A stretch of DNA of 64,000 nucleotides from Auanema rhodensis (Eukaryota; Animalia; Nematoda): the NCBI GenBank assembly GCA_964057225.1, contig OZ059898.1, forward strand, positions 4,712,001 through 4,776,000, read 5' to 3'. How positions within the stretch are numbered: the first letter of the stretch is position 1; every line of letters begins with the position of its first letter. The translations under genes and the position numbers were made by a program. Positions 62,901 to 64,000 of this stretch are shown piece by piece. The notes under the pieces were generated by a model that was given only the letters and a program-made list of their open reading frames with translations, was not told the origin of the DNA and ran no database searches.

Positions 62901-64000
62901 GCTCAAATCCCGGAAACCAAGCTAACAAAGAGAGGAGTCACACAAGCTATCGCATCAATCTTCGATCCAATGGGTATGATCTGCCCAAGTTTACACCCAC
63001 TACGAATCTTCCTTCAAAATCTATGGACAGAAAGTTTCGATTGGGACACTACACTACCAATGGAAATCCAAACCAGATGGAAACAATTATGCGAAAATTT
63101 TCACATCAACATAAGGATCCCCCGTCCCCTACCATCGGATACCAATGGACAATACCATCTGGTAACATGTACCGATTCTAGCGGCAATGCATTAGGATTC
63201 TGCTGCTACTTAATCGCAGCATCAACACGACAATTAGCCTTAATATTCGCAAAATCTAAATTGCATTCCAAAAACTCAACAATAACAATTCCAAAGGCTG
63301 AAATCTCGGCACTAACGATTGGAGTTTTTAACACGCTAAAAATCGTGAAGGAAATACAGGACAACATCAAGATTCTAACAGCTACATTCCTCTCCGACTC
63401 AGAAATAACACTTGCTTGGATTCGCAAAAAACCAGACCAAAAAACGACAGGAGTTTTAGTACAGAACCGAATCAAGGAAATTTCTAATCACATTGAAGAG
63501 CTCGAAGATCTGGACATAAAAACTTCATTTGGATACATCCACACCAAAGACAACCCAGCGGACCTAGCCACAAGAGGCTGCACAACTGAAGAACTTGAGG
63601 ATCACTTTTGGTGGAACCCAAAAGCACAGCTAGAAAAAGCTTTAAACGGACCTCTGTTTTCACTCTGTGACGAAGAAATACGGATACACGCAGCCACTAC
63701 AGAAACAAGCGATGAAGAACCTTGGATATCAGACTGCTCATCCTGGATTGAAGCTCAACAAAAATGGATATCCGTACACTACCCACTCACAACAACTCAT
63801 ACGCCTTCCATGTATGAAGAAGCAGAAACCAATCTTCTTCACCTTCATCAAAACAATTTAATGGTCAGGCTATCAGCAGCCCAAAGGAACGATTTGCGAC
63901 CTTTACTTAGAAACCATTTATGGTATAGTAGAGGACGTATGAACAATGCTGAACTCGAAGAGAGTGCAAAACTACCGATTATAATCTTACCTAAAACAAA
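59868..64000 (+). CDS. BEL/Pao Gag-Pol polyprotein, 3'-partial (absent from ORF track because no stop lies in the window)
   Basis: All motifs checked lie in one frame: IPKFDGNIKNWTNFW (DUF1759-like, ~60450), three Zn knuckles CIFCQKPHAPWTC, CINCLRKSHATEAC and CSNCGGKHIDLLC (61086 onward), protease ALLDCGS (61452), RT DVQKAFLQI and YVDN (62676), RNase H TDSS, SDS and DNPADLATRG (63549). Integrase is expected downstream. Confidence 0.92.
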   Translation, partial: MPLLRSPISKDTTAQNMVHQAEPSEAARAEAWIGKCYQLLEKIRESDNKRKSFVNRTVNYHSNRASNMIEIRLTEIRSIQEDTEAIQNLIEEMRNITDNLTAEDQERLTANECTLRRHIKSLTDYKIHIEGQIEFLRNSRQDQDLRGTIPRLQTPQLEESIGGFPSNQDTNINQGHPMIVQDNYRYRQTVKPVDIPKFDGNIKNWTNFWTLFNRLIHTANIQDIEKFNYLRQSLTGEAASLISSFSTDEESYHPAVSYLRSVYDHEDKILRYLMLDFIQLKAQSPSNKDLLLLMRKINGIARQTERNNEAALNALAIVLIQQKLPGHILQEVYRSGSNSNMNWRQLVDNTEKYLQHEQEVKNISSDLQTKPVPRTMHQSYNRQNFVTNNRPKPDNKKPSGKQTSNSCIFCQKPHAPWTCDTPKTRKERLTILNQDKRCINCLRKSHATEACPSKRLCSNCGGKHIDLLCFKKKTTKVNLTNSFPMEDEDEEEHVIQFSTQTKTNQYHSALLPIGHIELLHKDRTISIPALLDCGSDTSFIDEDLSKELELPIVESKRVKIKTFGNTASIERLNKVETMFKGHNSHILAQLWTKKVLTGPISTVRFSKPTNTCYKLNKNMKITPRILIGSDLMWQALISVEPLSKEHMVVHTQFGDFITGQATNQKSLNAHSVISEDLSISIPIWNKSFVEEQSEFTGTEAEEKTARDKLILDQFKETIQQKEDGYYVSFPWKDNAHLLPDNKVLALKRLTSLVLKLSQQPTLLEGYNKIIEEQLDLGIIEEAKDPYSNAYRIHYIAHQAVVTPQKETTKIRIVYDASGHYQNKPSLNDVIHQGPLILPSLIGMILRFRCGNTAMIADVQKAFLQIRLHESERDATRFFWLRDIHQPLSTDNTRTLRFCRVPFGINASPFLLGATIRHHLQKKSSESLLAHKIKDNLYVDNLLLASDSADQVRMWYSETKDIFQEMNMKLQEFISNDQIFNSNLTPEERNASTTPKILGLPWDTLSDQWIIQAQIPETKLTKRGVTQAIASIFDPMGMICPSLHPLRIFLQNLWTESFDWDTTLPMEIQTRWKQLCENFHINIRIPRPLPSDTNGQYHLVTCTDSSGNALGFCCYLIAASTRQLALIFAKSKLHSKNSTITIPKAEISALTIGVFNTLKIVKEIQDNIKILTATFLSDSEITLAWIRKKPDQKTTGVLVQNRIKEISNHIEELEDLDIKTSFGYIHTKDNPADLATRGCTTEELEDHFWWNPKAQLEKALNGPLFSLCDEEIRIHAATTETSDEEPWISDCSSWIEAQQKWISVHYPLTTTHTPSMYEEAETNLLHLHQNNLMVRLSAAQRNDLRPLLRNHLWYSRGRMNNAELEESAKLPIIILPKT
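59917..59931 (+). promoter_or_regulatory. Primer binding site, probably tRNA-Gly(GCC)
   Basis: TGGTGCATCAGGCCG versus the expected complement of the tRNA-Gly 3' end TGGTGCATCGGCCG (one extra A). tRNA sequence recalled, not searched. Confidence 0.75.

Larger units (their letters stand above)
59468..64000 (+). mobile_element. BEL/Pao LTR retrotransposon (5' part; continues beyond window)
   Basis: TG-start LTR, PBS and a gag-pol ORF with BEL-type domain order and the YVDN RT motif. Confidence 0.95.

Noticed and set aside
59705-63861. Short ORFs listed in the BEL region
   Set aside because: They are alternative-frame or antisense fragments overlapping the true gag-pol frame.

Overview
Eukaryotic (metazoan, plausibly nematode) satellite or heterochromatin DNA with no ordinary host genes. 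About 46 kb (~231 copies) is a 200-bp, ~37% GC tandem satellite in a single orientation, organised into variant sub-domains and higher-order blocks. Three kinds of insert interrupt it. (1) Two intact, nearly identical DIRS1-type tyrosine-recombinase retrotransposons lie in opposite orientation (2319-6757 +, 16054-20494 -). Each has ITRs, a 3' extension, an internal complementary region, one fused Gag-RT-RNaseH-methyltransferase ORF and an overlapping YR ORF with no suitable ATG. (2) A 2174-bp GC-rich minisatellite plus AT-rich module occurs twice through a 4079-bp tandem duplication. (3) A BEL/Pao LTR retrotransposon starts at 59468 and runs off the window. The most interesting inferences are a phase-compatible splice that would produce a Gag-YR fusion, a candidate 45-nt in-frame intron in gag, repeated recent precise DIRS insertion into one satellite, and a BEL gag ORF that starts inside the LTR and reads through the PBS. 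The hundreds of 67-aa ORFs are satellite artefacts.
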